From Nemertoderma westbladi (taxonomy: Eukaryota > Animalia > Xenacoelomorpha): a stretch of 64,000 bases of DNA. The notes below the pieces were generated by a model. It had not been told where the DNA came from and did not search any database. It was given only the letters and a program-made list of their open reading frames with translations. This document shows, piece by piece, positions 15,001 through 30,000 of the stretch; the first letter of the stretch is position 1, and every line of letters begins with the position of its first letter. A program made the translations under genes and the position numbers. The stretch lies in contig JAUCBJ010007311.1 in NCBI GenBank assembly GCA_032718475.1, positions 1-64,000 on the forward strand, written 5' to 3'.

Positions 15001-18000
15001 AAAATAGTTACATCTACGGGCGGGGAAACAAACTGAGTGGGATGAGAAAATAGTTACGTCTACGGGCGGGGAAACAAACTGAGTGGGATGAGAAAATAGG
15101 TACGTCTAAGGGCGGGGAAACAAACTGAGTGGGATGAGAAAATAGTTACGTCTAAGGGCGGGGAAACAAACTGAGTGGGATGAGAATATAGGTACGTCTA
15201 AGGGCGGGGAAACAAACTGAGTGGGATGAGAAAATAGTTACGTCTAAGGGCGGGGAAACAAACTGAGTGGGATGAGAAAATAGGTACGTCTAAGGGCGGG
15301 GAAACAAACTGAGTGGGATGAGAAAATAGTTACGTCTAAGGGCGAGGAAACAAATTGAGTGGGATGAGAAAATAGTTACGTCTAAGGGCGGGGAAACAAA
15401 TTGAGTGGGATGAGAAAATAGTTACGTCTAAGGGATGCTGGGAAACAAACTGAGTGGGATGAGAAAATAGTTACGTCTACGGGCGGGGAAACAAACTGAG
15501 TGGGATGAGAAAATAGTTACGTCTAAGGGCGGGAAAACAAACTGAGTGGGATGAGAAAATAGGTACGTCTAAGGGCGGGAAAACAAACTGAGTGGGATGA
15601 GAAAATAGTTACGTCTAAGGGCGGGAAAAAAAACTGAGTGGGATGAGGAAATAGGTACGTCTAAGGGCGGGGAAACAAACTGAGTGGGATGAGAAAATAG
15701 TAACGTCTAAGGGCTGGTAAACAAACTGAGTGGGATGAGAAAATAGGTACGTCTAAGGGCGGGAAAACAAACTGAGTGGGATGAGAAAATAGTTACGTCT
15801 AAGGGCGGGAAAACAAACTGAGTGGGATGAGGAAATAGGTACGTCTAAGTGCGGGGAAACAAATTGAGTGGGATGAGAAAATAGTTACGTCTAAGGGCGA
15901 GGAAACAAATTGAGTGGGATGAGAAAATAGTTACGTCTACGGGCGAGGAAACAAACTGAGTGGGATGAGAAAATAGTTACGTCTAAGGGCGGGAAAACAA
16001 ACTGAGTGGGATGAGAAAATAGTTACGTCTAAGGGCGGGAAAACAAACTGAGTGGGATGAGAAAATAGTTACGTCTAAGGGCGGGGAAACAAATTGAGTG
16101 GGATGAGAAAATAGTTACGTCTAAGGGCGGGGAAACAAACTGAGTGGGATGAGAAAATAGGTACGTCTAAGGGCGGGAAAACAAACTGAGTGGGATGAGG
16201 AAATAGTTACGTCTAAGGGCGGGAAAACAAACTGAGTGGGATGAGAAAATAGTTACGTCTAAGGGCGAGGAAACAAACTGAGTGGGATGAGAAAATAGTT
16301 ACGTCTAAGGGCGGGAAAACAAACTGAGTGGGATGAGAAAATAGGTACGTCTAAGGGCGGGGAAACAAACTGAGTGGGATGAGAAAATAGTTACGTCTAA
16401 GGGCGGGGAAACAAACTGAGTGGGATGAGAATATAGGTACGTCTAAGGGCGGGGAAACAAACTGAGTGGGATGAGAAAATAGTTACGTCTAAGGGCGGGG
16501 AAACAAACTGAGTGGGATGAGAAAATAGGTACGTCTAAGGGCGGGGAAACAAACTGAGTGGGATGAGAAAATAGTTACGTCTAAGGGCGAGGAAACAAAT
16601 TGAGTGGGATGAGAAAATAGTTACATCTACGGGCGGGGAAACAAACTGAGTGGGATGAGAAAATAGTTACGTCTACGGGCGGGGAAACAAACTGAGTGGG
16701 ATGAGAAAATAGGTACGTCTAAGGGCGGGGAAACAAACTGAGTGGGATGAGAAAATAGTTACGTCTAAGGGCGGGGAAACAAACTGAGTGGGATGAGAAT
16801 ATAGGTACGTCTAAGGTCGGGGAAACAAACTGAGTGGGATGAGAAAATAGTTACGTCTAAGGGCGGGGAAACAAACTGAGTGGGATGAGAAAATAGGTAC
16901 GTCTAAGGGCGGGGAAACAAACTGAGTGGGATGAGAAAATAGTTACGTCTAAGGGCGAGGAAACAAATTGAGTGGGATGAGAAAATAGTTACGTCTAAGG
17001 GCGGGGAAACAAATTGAGTGGGATGAGAAAATAGTTACGTCTAAGGGCGGGGAAACAAACTGAATGGGATGAGAAAATAGGTACGTCTAAGGGCGGGGAA
17101 TCAAACTGAGTAGGATGAGGAAATAGTTACGTCTAAAGGCGGGGAAACAAACTGAGTGGGATGAGGAAATAGTTACGTCTAAAGGCGGGGAAACAAACTG
17201 AGTGGGATGAGGAAATAGTTACGTCTAAGGGCTGGGAAACAAACTGAGTGGGATGAGAAAATAGGTACGTCTAAGGGCGGGGAAACAAACTGAGTGGGAT
17301 GAGAAAATAGGTACGTCTAAGGGCGTGGAAACAAACTGAGTGGGATGAGAAAATAGGTACGTCTAAGGGCGGGGAAACAAACTGAATGGGATGAGAAAAT
17401 AGTTACGTCTAAGGGCGTGGAAACAAACTGAATGGGATGAGAAAATAGTTACGTCTAAGGGCGGGGAAACAAACTGAGTGGGATGAGAAAATAGGTACGT
17501 CTAAGGACGGGGAAACAAACTGAGTGGGATGAGAAAATAGGTACGTCTAAGGGATGCTGGGAAACAAACTAAGTGGGATGAGAAAATAGGTACGTCTAAG
17601 GGATGCTGGGAAACAAACTGAGTGGGATGAGAAAATAGGTACGTCTAAGGGATGCTGGGAAACAAACTGAGTGGGATGAGAAAATAGGTACGTCTAAGGG
17701 CGGGGAAACAAACTGAATGGGATGAGAAAATAGGTACGTCTAAGGGCGGGGAAACAAACTGAATGGATGAGAAAATAGGTACGTCTAAGGGCGGGGAAAC
17801 AAACTGAATGGGATGAGAAAATAGTTACGTCTAAGGGCGGGGAAACAAACTGAATGGGATGAGAAAATAGTTACGTCTAAGGGCGGGGAAACAAACTGAG
17901 TGGGATGAGAAAATAGGTACGTCTAAGGGCGGGGAAACAAACTGAGTGGGATGAGAAAATAGTTACGTCTAAGGGCTGGGAAACAAATTGAATGGGATGA

Positions 18001-21000
18001 GAAAATAGGTACGTCTAAGGGCGGGGAAACAAACTGAGTGGGATGAGAATATAGGTACGTCTAAGGGCGGGGAAAAAAAACTGAGTGGGATGAGAAAATA
18101 GGTACGTCTAAGGGCTGGGAAACAAACTGAGTGGGATGAGAAAATAGGTACGTCTAAGGGCGGGGAAACAAACTGAGTGGGATGAGAAAATAGGTACGTC
18201 TAAGGGCGGGGAAACAAACTGAGTGGGATGAGAATATAGGTACGTCTAAGGGCGGGGAAAAAAAACTGAGTGGGATGAGAAAATAGGTACGTCTAAGGGC
18301 TGGGAAACAAACTGAGTGGGATGAGAATATAGGTACGTCTAAAGGCGGGGAAACAAACTGAGTGGGATGAGAAAATAGGTACGTCTAAGGGATGCTGGGA
18401 AACAAACTGAGTGGGATGAGAAAATAGTTACGTCTAAGGGCGTTGAAACAAACTGAGTGGGATGAGGAAATAGGTACGTCTAAGGGCGGGGAAACAAATT
18501 GAGTGGGATGAGAAAATAGGTACGTCTAAGGGCGGGGAAACAAACTGAGTGGGATGAGAAAATAGGTACGTCTAAGGGCGAGGAAACAAATTGAGTGGGA
18601 TGAGAAAATAGTTACGTCTAAGGGCGGGAAAACAAACTGAGTGGGATGAGAAAATAGGTACGTCTAAGGGCGGGAAAACAAACTGAGTGGGATGAGAAAA
18701 TAGTTACGTCTAAGGGCGGGAAAACGAACTGAGTGGGATGAGAAAATAGGTACGTCTAAGGGCGGGAAAACAAACTGAGTGGGATGAGAAAATAGTTACG
18801 TCTAAGGGCGAGGAAACAAATTGAGTGGGATGAGAAAATAGTTACGTCTACGGGCGGGGAAACAAACTGAGTGGGATGAGAAAATAGTTACGTCTAAGGG
18901 CGGGAAAACAAACTGAGTGGGATGAGAAAATAGGTACGTCTAAGGGCGGGAAAACAAACTGAGTGGGATGAGAAAATAGTTACGTCTAAGGGCGGGAAAA
19001 AAAACTGAGTGGGATGAGGAAATAGGTACGTCTAAGGGCGGGGAAACAAACTGAGTGGGATGAGAAAATAGTAACGTCTAAGGGCTGGTAAACAAACTGA
19101 GTGGGATGAGAAAATAGGTACGTCTAAGGGCGGGAAAACAAACTGAGTGGGATGAGAAAATAGTTACGTCTAAGGGCGGGAAAACAAACTGAGTGGGATG
19201 AGGAAATAGGTACGTCTAAGTGCGGGGAAACAAATTGAGTGGGATGAGAAAATAGTTACGTCTAAGGGCGAGGAAACAAATTGAGTGGGATGAGAAAATA
19301 GTTACGTCTACGGGCGAGGAAACAAACTGAGTGGGATGAGAAAATAGTTACGTCTAAGGGCGGGAAAACAAACTGAGTGGGATGAGAAAATAGTTACGTC
19401 TAAGGGCGGGAAAACAAACTGAGTGGGATGAGAAAATAGTTACGTCTAAGGGCGGGGAAACAAATTGAGTGGGATGAGAAAATAGTTACGTCTAAGGGCG
19501 GGGAAACAAACTGAGTGGGATGAGAAAATAGGTACGTCTAAGGGCGGGAAAACAAACTGAGTGGGATGAGGAAATAGTTACGTCTAAGGGCGGGAAAACA
19601 AACTGAGTGGGATGAGAAAATAGTTACGTCTAAGGGCGAGGAAACAAACTGAGTGGGATGAGAAAATAGTTACGTCTAAGGGCGGGAAAACAAACTGAGT
19701 GGGATGAGAAAATAGGTACGTCTAAGGGCGAGGAAACAAATTGAGTGGGATGAGAAAATAGTTACGTCTAAGGGCGGGGAAACAAATTGAGTGGGATGAG
19801 AAAATAGTTACGTCTAAGGGCGGGGAAACAAACTGAGTGGGATGAGAAAATAGGTACGTCTAAGGGCGGGAAAACAAACTGAGTGGGATGAGGAAATAGT
19901 TACGTCTAAGGGCGGGAAAACAAACTGAGTGGGATGAGAAAATAGTTACGTCTAAGGGCGAGGAAACAAATTGAGTGGGATGAGAAAATAGTTACGTCTA
20001 AGGCCGGGGAAACAAACTGAGTGGGATGAGGAAATAGTTACGTCTAAGGGCGGGGAAACAAATTGAGTGGGATGAGAAAATAGTTGCGTCTACGGGCGGG
20101 GAAACAAACTGAGTGGGATGAGAAAATAGTTACGTCTAAGGGCGAGGAAACAAATTGAGTGGGATGAGAAAATAGTTACGTCTAAGGGCGGGAAAACAAA
20201 CTGAGTGGGATGAGAAAATAGTTACGTCTAAGGGCGGGGAAACAAACTGAGTGGGATGAGAAAATAGTTACGTCTAAGGGCGAGGAAACAAATTGAGTGG
20301 GATGATAGTTACGTCTACGGGCGGGGAAACAAACTGAGTGGGATGAGAAAATAGTTACATCTAAGGGCGGGGAAACAAATTGAGTGGGATGAGAAAATAG
20401 TTACGTCTAAGGGCGGGAAAACAAACTGAGTGGGATGAGAAATTAGTTACGTCTAAGGGCGGGAAAACAAACTGAGTGGGATGAGAAAATAGTTACGTCT
20501 AAGGGCGGGGAAACAAACTGAGTGGGATGAGAAAATAGTTACGTCTAAGGGCGGGGAAACAAACTGAGTGGGATGAGAATATAGGTATGTCTAAGGGCGG
20601 GGAAACAAACTGAGTGGGATGAGAAAATAGTTACGTCTAAGGGCGGGGAAACAAACTGAGTGGGATGAGAAAATAGGTACGTCTAAGGGCGGGGAAACAA
20701 ACTGAGTGGGATGAGAAAATAGTTACGTCTAAGGGCGAGGAAACAAATTGAGTGGGATGAGAAAATAGTTACGTCTAAGGGCGGGGAAACAAATTGAGTG
20801 GGATGAGAAAATAGTTACGTCTAAGGGCGGGGAAACAAACTGAATGGGATGAGAAAATAGGTACGTCTAAGGGCGGGGAAACAAACTGAGTAGGATGAGG
20901 AAATAGTTACGTCTAAAGGCGGGGAAACAAACTGAGTGGGATGAGGAAATAGTTACGTCTAAGGGCTGGGAAACAAACTGAGTGGGATGAGAAAATAGGT

Positions 21001-24000
21001 ACGTCTAAGGGCGGGGAAACAAACTGAGTGGGATGAGAAAATAGGTACGTCTAAGGGCGAGGAAACAAATTGAGTGGGATGAGAAAATAGGTACGTCTAA
21101 GGGCGGGGAAACAAACTGAGTGGGATGAGGAAATAGGTACGTCTAAGGGCTGGGAAGCAAACTGCTTGGGATGAGAAAATAGGTACGTCTAAGGGCGGGG
21201 ATGAGATAATAGGTACGTCTAAGGGCGGGGAAACAAACTGAGTGGGATGAGAAAATAGTTACGTCTAAGGGCGGGGAAACAAATTGAGTGGGATGAGAAA
21301 ATAGGTACGTCTAAGGGTTGGGAAACAAACTGAGTGGGATGAGGAAATAGTTACGTCTAAGGGCGGGGAAACAAACTGAGTGGAATGAGAAAATAGGTAC
21401 GTCTAAGGGCGGGGAAACAAACTGAGTGGGATGAGAAAATAGGTACGTCTAAGGGCGGGGAAACAAACTGAGTGGGATGAGAAAATAGGTACGTCTAAGG
21501 GCGGGGAAACAAACTGAATGGGATGAGAAAATAGGTACGTCTAAGGGCGGGGAAACAAACTGAGTGGGATGAGGAAATAGTTACGTCTAAGGGCGGGGAA
21601 ACAAACTGAGTGGGATGAGAATATAGGTACGTCTAAGGGCGGGGAAACAAACTGAGTGGGATGAGGAAATAGGTACGTCTAAGGGCGGGGAAACAAACTG
21701 AGTGGGATGAGGAAATAGTTACGTCTAAGGGCGGGGAAACAAACTGAGTGGGATGAGAATATAGGTACGTCTAAGGGCGGGGAAACAAACTGAGTGGGAT
21801 GAGAAAATAGTTACGTCTAAGGGCGGGGAAACAAACTGAGTGGGATGAGAAAATAGGTACGTCTAAGGGCGGGGAAACAAACTGAGTGGGATGAGAAAAT
21901 AGTTACGTCTAAGGGCGGGGAAACAAACTGAGTGGGATGAGAATATAGGTACGTCTAAGGGCGGGGAAACAAACTGAGTGGGATGAGAAAATAGTTACGT
22001 CTAAGGGCGGGGAACCAAACTGAGTGGGATGAGAAAATAGGTACGTCTAAGGGCGGGGAAACAAACTGAGTGGGATGAGAAAATAGTTACGTCTAAGGGC
22101 GAGGAAACAAATTGAGTGGGATGAGAAAATAGTTACGTCTAAGGGCGGGGAAACAAATTGAGTGGGATGAGAAAATAGTTACGTCTAAGGACGGGGAAAC
22201 AAACTGAATGGGATGAGAAAATAGGTACGTCTAAGGGCGGGGAAACAAACTGAGTAGGATGAGGAAATAGTTACGTCTAAAGGCGGGGAAACAAACTGAG
22301 TGGGATGAGGAAATAGTTACGTCTAAGGGCTGGGAAACAAACTGAGTGGGATGAGAAAATAGGTACGTCTAAGGGCGGGGAAACAAACTGAATGGGATGA
22401 GAAAATAGGTACGTCTAAGGGCGGGGAAACAAACTGAGTAGGATGAGGAAATAGTTACGTCTAAAGGCGGGGAAACAAACTGAGTGGGATGAGGAAATAG
22501 TTACGTCTAAGGGCTGGGAAACAAACTGAGTGGGATGAGAAAATAGGTACGTCTAAGGGCGGGGAAACAAACTGAGTGGGATGAGAAAATAGGTACGTCT
22601 AAGGGCGAGGAAACAAATTGAGTGGGATGAGAAAATAGGTACGTCTAAGGGCGGGGAAACAAACTGAGTGGGATGAGGAAATAGGTACGTCTAAGGGCTG
22701 GGAAGCAAACTGCTTGGGATGAGAAAATAGGTACGTCTAAGGGCGGGGAAACAAACTGAGTGGGATGAGAAAATAGGTACGTCTAAGGGCGGGGAAACAA
22801 ACTGAGTGGGATGAGAAAATAGTTACGTCTAAGGGCGGGGAAACAAATTGAGTGGGATGAGAAAATAGGTACGTCTAAGGGCGGGGAAACAAACTGAGTG
22901 GGATGAGAAAATAGGTACGTCTAAGGGCGGGGAAACAAACTGAGTGGGATGAGAAAATAGTTACGTCTAAGGGCGGGGAAACAAACTGAGTGGGATGAGA
23001 ATATAGGTATGTCTAAGGGCGGGGAAACAAACTGAGTGGGATGAGAAAATAGTTACGTCTAAGGGCGGGGAAACAAACTGAGTGGGATGAGAAAATAGGT
23101 ACGTCTAAGGGCGGGGAAACAAACTGAGTGGGATGAGAAAATAGTTACGTCTAAGGGCGAGGAAACAAATTGAGTGGGATGAGAAAATAGTTACGTCTAA
23201 GGGCGGGGAAACAAATTGAGTGGGATGAGAAAATAGTTACGTCTAAGGGCGGGGAAACAAACTGAATGGGATGAGAAAATAGGTACGTCTAAGGGCGGGG
23301 AAACAAACTGAGTAGGATGAGGAAATAGTTACGTCTAAAGGCGGGGAAACAAACTGAGTGGGATGAGGAAATAGTTACGTCTAAGGGCTGGGAAACAAAC
23401 TGAGTGGGATGAGAAAATAGGTACGTCTAACGGCGGGGAAACAAACTGAGTGGGATGAGAAAATAGTTACGTCTAAGGGCGGGGAAACAAACTGAGTGGG
23501 ATGAGAAAATAGGTACGTCTAAGGGCGGGGAAACAAACTGAGTGGGATGAGAAAATAGTTACGTCTAAGGGCGGGGAAACAAACTGAATGGGATGAGAAA
23601 ATAGGTACGTCTAAGGGCGGGGAAACAAACTGAGTAGGATGAGGAAATAGTTACGTCTAAAGGCGGGGAAACAAACTGAGTGGGATGAGGAAATAGTTAC
23701 GTCTAAGGGCTGGGAAACAAACTGAGTGGGATGAGAAAATAGGTACGTCTAAGGGCGGGGAAACAAACTGAGTGGGATGAGAAAATAGGTACGTCTAAGG
23801 GCGAGGAAACAAATTGAGTGGGATGAGAAAATAGGTACGTCTAAGGGCGGGGAAACAAACTGAGTGGGATGAGGAAATAGGTACGTCTAAGGGCTGGGAA
23901 GCAAACTGCTTGGGATGAGAAAATAGGTACGTCTAAGGGCGGGGATGAGATAATAGGTACGTTTAAGGGCGGGGAAACAAACTGAGTGGGATGAGAAAAT

Positions 24001-27000
24001 AGTTACGTCTAAGGGCGGGGAAACAAATTGAGTGGGATGAGAAAATAGGTACGTCTAAGGGTTGGGAAACAAACTGAGTGGGATGAGGAAATAGTTACGT
24101 CTAAGGGCGGGGAAACAAACTGAGTGGGATGAGAAAATAGGTACGTCTAAGGGCGGGGAAACAAACTGAGTGGGATGAGAAAATAGGTACGTCTAAGGGC
24201 GGGGAAACAAACTGAGTGGGATGAGAAAATAGGTACGTCTAAGGGCGGGGAAACAAACTGAATGGGATGAGAAAATAGGTACGTCTAAGGGCGGGGAAAC
24301 AAACTGAGTGGGATGAGGAAATAGTTACGTCTAAGGGCGGGGAAACAAACTGAGTGGGATGAGAATATAGGTACGTCTAAGGGCGGGGAAACAAACTGAG
24401 TGGGATGAGGAAATAGGTACGTCTAAGGGCGGGGAAACAAACTGAGTGGGATGAGGAAATAGTTACGTCTAAGGGCGGGGAAACAAACTGAGTGGGATGA
24501 GAATATAGGTACGTCTAAGGGCGGGGAAACAAACTGAGTGGGATGAGAAAATAGTTACGTCTAAGGGCGGGGAAACAAACTGAGTGGGATGAGAAAATAG
24601 GTACGTCTAAGGGCGGGGAAACAAACTGAGTGGGATGAGAAAATAGTTACGTCTAAGGGCGGGGAAACAAACTGAGTGGGATGAGAATATAGGTACGTCT
24701 AAGGGCGGGGAAACAAACTGAGTGGGATGAGAAAATAGTTACGTCTAAGGGCGGGGAACCAAACTGAGTGGGATGAGAAAATAGGTACGTCTAAGGGCGG
24801 GGAAACAAACTGAGTGGGATGAGAAAATAGTTACGTCTAAGGGCGAGGAAACAAATTGAGTGGGATGAGAAAATAGTTACGTCTAAGGGCGGGGAAACAA
24901 ATTGAGTGGGATGAGAAAATAGTTACGTCTAAGGACGGGGATACAAACTGAATGGGATGAGAAAATAGGTACGTCTAAGGGCGGGGAAACAAACTGAGTA
25001 GGATGAGGAAATAGTTACGTCTAAAGGCGGGGAAACAAACTGAGTGGGATGAGGAAATAGTTACGTCTAAGGGCTGGGAAACAAACTGAGTGGGATGAGA
25101 AAATAGGCACGTCTAAGGGCGGGGAAACAAACTGAATGGGATGAGAAAATAGGTACGTCTAAGGGCGGGGAAACAAACTGAGTAGGATGAGGAAATAGTT
25201 ACGTCTAAAGGCGGGGAAACAAACTGAGTGGGATGAGGAAATAGTTACGTCTAAGGGCTGGGAAACAAACTGAGTGGGATGAGAAAATAGGTACGTCTGA
25301 GGGCGGGGAAACAAACTGAGTGGGATGAGAAAATAGGTACGTCTAAGGGCGAGGAAACAAATTGAGTGGGATGAGAAAATAGGTACGTCTAAGGGCGGGG
25401 AAACAAACTGAGTGGGATGAGGAAATAGGTACGTCTAAGGGCTGGGAAGCAAACTGCTTGGGATGAGAAAATAGGTACGTCTAAGGGCGGGGAAACAAAC
25501 TGAGTGGGATGAGAAAATAGGTACGTCTAAGGGCGGGGAAACAAACTGAGTGGGATGAGAAAATAGTTACGTCTAAGGGCGGGGAAACAAATTGAGTGGG
25601 ATGAGAAAATAGGTACGTCTAAGGGCGGGGAAACAAACTGAGTGGGATGAGAAAATAGGTACGTCTAAGGGCGGGGAAACAAACTGAGTGGGATGAGAAA
25701 ATAGTTACGTCTAAGGGCGGGGAAACAAACTGAGTGGGATGAGAATATAGGTATGTCTAAGGGCGGGGAAACAAACTGAGTGGGATGAGAAAATAGTTAC
25801 GTCTAAGGGCGGGGAAACAAACTGAGTGGGATGAGAAAATAGGTACGTCTAAGGGCGGGGAAACAAACTGAGTGGGATGAGAAAATAGTTACGTCTAAGG
25901 GCGAGGAAACAAATTGAGTGGGATGAGAAAATAGTTACGTCTAAGGGCGGGGAAACAAATTGAGTGGGATGAGAAAATAGTTACGTCTAAGGGCGGGGAA
26001 ACAAACTGAATGGGATGAGAAAATAGGTACGTCTAAGGGCGGGGAAACAAACTGAGTAGGATGAGGAAATAGTTACGTCTAAAGGCGGGGAAACAAACTG
26101 AGTGGGATGAGGAAATAGTTACGTCTAAGGGCTGGGAAACAAACTGAGTGGGATGAGAAAATAGGTACGTCTAACGGCGGGGAAACAAACTGAGTGGGAT
26201 GAGAAAATAGGTACGTCTAAGGGCGAGGAAACAAATTGAGTGGGATGAGAAAATAGGTACGTCTAAGGGCGGGGAAACAAACTGAGTGGGATGAGGAAAT
26301 AGGTACGTCTAAGGGCTGGGAAGCAAACTGCTTGGGATGAGAAAATAGGTACGTCTAAGGGCGGGGAAACAAACTGAGTGGGATGAGAAAATAGGTACGT
26401 CTAAGGGCGGGGAAACAAACTGAGTGGGATGAGAAAATAGTTACGTCTAAGGGCGGGGAAACAAATTGAGTGGGATGAGAAAATAGGTACGGCTAAGGGT
26501 TGGGAAACAAACTGAGTGGGATGAGGAAATAGTTACGTCTAAGGGCGGGGAAACAAACTGAGTGGGATGAGAAAATAGGTACGTCTAAGGGCGGGGAAAC
26601 AAACTGAGTGGGATGAGAAAATAGTTACGTCTAAGGGCGGGGAAACAAATTGAGTGGGATGAGAAAATAGGTACGTCTAAGGGTTGGGAAACAAACTGAG
26701 TGGGATGAGGAAATAGTTACGTCTAAGGGCGGGGAAACAAACTGAGTGGGATGAGAAAATAGGTACGTCTAAGGGCGGGGAAACAAACTGAGTGGGATGA
26801 GGAAATAGGTACGTCTAAGGGCGGGGAAACAAACTGAGTGGGATGAGAAAATAGGTACGTCTAAGGGCGGGGAAACAAACTGAGTGGGATGAGAATAGAG
26901 GTACGTCTAAGGGCGGTGAAACAAACTGAGTGGGATGAGGAAATAGGTACGTCTAAGGGCGGGGAAACAAACTGAGTGGGATGAGGAAATAGTTACGTCT

Positions 27001-30000
27001 AAGGGCGGGGAAACAAACTGAGTGGGATGAGAATATAGGTACGTCTAAGGGCGGGGAAACAAACTGAGTGGGATGAGAAAATAGTTACGTCTAAGGGCGG
27101 GGAAACAAATTGAGTGGGATGAGAAAATAGGTACGTCTAAGGGTTGGGAAACAAACTGAGTGGGATGAGGAAATAGTTACGTCTAAGGGCGGGGAAACAA
27201 ACTGAGTGGGATGAGAAAATAGGTACGTCTAAGGGCGGGGAAACAAACTGAGTGGGATGAGAAAATAGGTACGTCTAAGGGCGGGGAAACAAACTGAGTG
27301 GGATGAGAAAATAGGTACGTCTAAGGGCGGGGAAACAAACTGAGTGGGATGAGATTATAGGTACGTCTAAGGGCGGGGAAACAAACTGAGTGGGATGAGG
27401 AAATAGGTACGTCTAAGGGCGGGGAAACAAACTGAGTGGGATGAGGAAATAGTTACGTCTAAGGGCTGGGAAACAAACTGAGTGGGATGAGAAAATAGGT
27501 ACGTCTAAGGGCGGGGAAACAAACTGAGTGGGATGAGAAAATAGGTACGTCTAAGGGCGAGGAAACAAATTGAGTGGGATGAGAAAATAGGTACGTCTAA
27601 GGGCGGGGAAACAAACTGAGTGGGATGAGGAAATAGGTACGTCTAAGGGCTGGGAAGCAAACTGCTTGGGATGAGAAAATAGGTACGTCTAAGGGCGGGG
27701 AAACAAACTGAGTGGGATGAGAAAATAGGTACGTCTAAGGGCGGGGAAACAAACTGAGTGGGATGAGAAAATAGTTACGTCTAAGGGCGGGGAAACAAAT
27801 TGAGTGGGATGAGAAAATAGGTACGTCTAAGGGTTGGGAAACAAACTGAGTGGGATGAGGAAATAGTTACGTCTAAGGGCGGGGAAACAAACTGAGTGGG
27901 ATGAGAATATAGGTACGTCTAAGGGCGGGGAAACAAACTGAGTGGGATGAGAAAATAGTTACGTCTAAGGGCGGGGAAACAAATTGAGTGGGATGAGAAA
28001 ATAGGTACGTCTAAGGGTTGGGAAACAAACTGAGTGGGATGAGGAAATAGTTACGTCTAAGGGCGGGGAAACAAACTGAGTGGGATGAGAAAATAGGTAC
28101 GTCTAAGGGCGGGGAAACAAACTGAGTGGGATGAGAAAATAGGTACGTCTAAGGGCGGGGAAACAAACTGAGTGGGATGAGAAAATAGGTACGTCTAAGG
28201 GCGGGGAAACAAACTGAGTGGGATGAGAATATAGGTACGTCTAAGGGCGGGGAAACAAACTGAGTGGGATGAGGAAATAGGTACGTCTAAGGGCGGGGAA
28301 ACAAACTGAGTGGGATGAGGAAATAGTTACGTCTAAGGGCTGGGAAACAAACTGAGTGGGATGAGAAAATAGGTACGTCTAAGGGCGGGGAAACAAACTG
28401 AGTGGGATGAGAAAATAGGTACGTCTAAGGGCGAGGAAACAAATTGAGTGGGATGAGAAAATAGGTACGTCTAAGGGCGGGGAAACAAACTGAGTGGGAT
28501 GAGGAAATAGGTACGTCTAAGGGCTGGGAAGCAAACTGCTTGGGATGAGAAAATAGGTACGTCTAAGGGCGGGGAAACAAACTGAGTGGGATGAGAAAAT
28601 AGGTACGTCTAAGGGCGGGGAAACAAACTGAGTGGGATGAGAAAATAGTTACGTCTAAGGGCGGGGAAACAAATTGAGTGGGATGAGAAAATAGGTACGT
28701 CTAAGGGCGGGGAAACAAACTGAGTGGGATGAGAAAATAGGTACGTCTAAGGGCGGGGAAACAAACTGAGTGGGATGAGAAAATAGGTACGTCTAAGGGC
28801 GGGGAAACAAACTGAGTGGGATGAGAAAATAGGTACGTCTAAGGGCGGGGAAACAAACTGAGTGGGATGAGGAAATAGTTACGTCTAAGGGCTGGGAAAC
28901 AAACTGAGTGGGATGAGAAAATAGTTACGTCTAAGGGCGGGGAAACAAACTGAGTGGGATGAGAATAGAGGTACGTCTAAGGGCGGTGAAACAAACTGAG
29001 TGGGATGAGGAAATAGGTACGTCTAAGGGCGGGGAAACAAACTGAGTGGGATGAGGAAATAGTTACGTCTAAGGGCGGGGAAACAAACTGAGTGGGATGA
29101 GAATATAGGTACGTCTAAGGGCGGGGAAACAAACTGAGTGGGATGAGAAAATAGTTACGTCTAAGGGCGGGGAAACAAATTGAGTGGGATGAGAAAATAG
29201 GTACGTCTAAGGGTTGGGAAACAAACTGAGTGGGATGAGGAAATAGTTACGTCTAAGGGCGGGGAAACAAACTGAGTGGGATGAGAAAATAGGTACGTCT
29301 AAGGGCGGGGAAACAAACTGAGTGGGATGAGAAAATAGGTACGTCTAAGGGCGGGGAAACAAACTGAGTGGGATGAGAAAATAGGTACGTCTAAGGGCGG
29401 GGAAACAAACTGAGTGGGATGAGAATATAGGTACGTCTAAGGGCGGGGAAACAAACTGAGTGGGATGAGGAAATAGGTACGTCTAAGGGCGGGGAAACAA
29501 ACTGAGTGGGATGAGGAAATAGTTACGTCTAAGGGCTGGGAAACAAACTGAGTGGGATGAGAAAATAGGTACGTCTAAGGGCGGGGAAACAAACTGAGTG
29601 GGATGAGAAAATAGGTACGTCTAAGGGCGAGGAAACAAATTGAGTGGGATGAGAAAATAGGTACGTCTAAGGGCGGGGAAACAAACTGAGTGGGATGAGG
29701 AAATAGGTACGTCTAAGGGCTGGGAAGCAAACTGCTTGGGATGAGAAAATAGGTACGTCTAAGGGCGGGGAAACAAACTGAGTGGGATGAGAAAATAGGT
29801 ACGTCTAAGGGCGGGGAAACAAACTGAGTGGGATGAGAAAATAGTTACGTCTAAGGGCGGGGAAACAAATTGAGTGGGATGAGAAAATAGGTACGTCTAA
29901 GGGTTGGGAAACAAACTGAGTGGGATGAGGAAATAGTTACGTCTAAGGGCGGGGAAACAAACTGAGTGGGATGAGAAAATAGGTACGTCTAAGGGCGGGG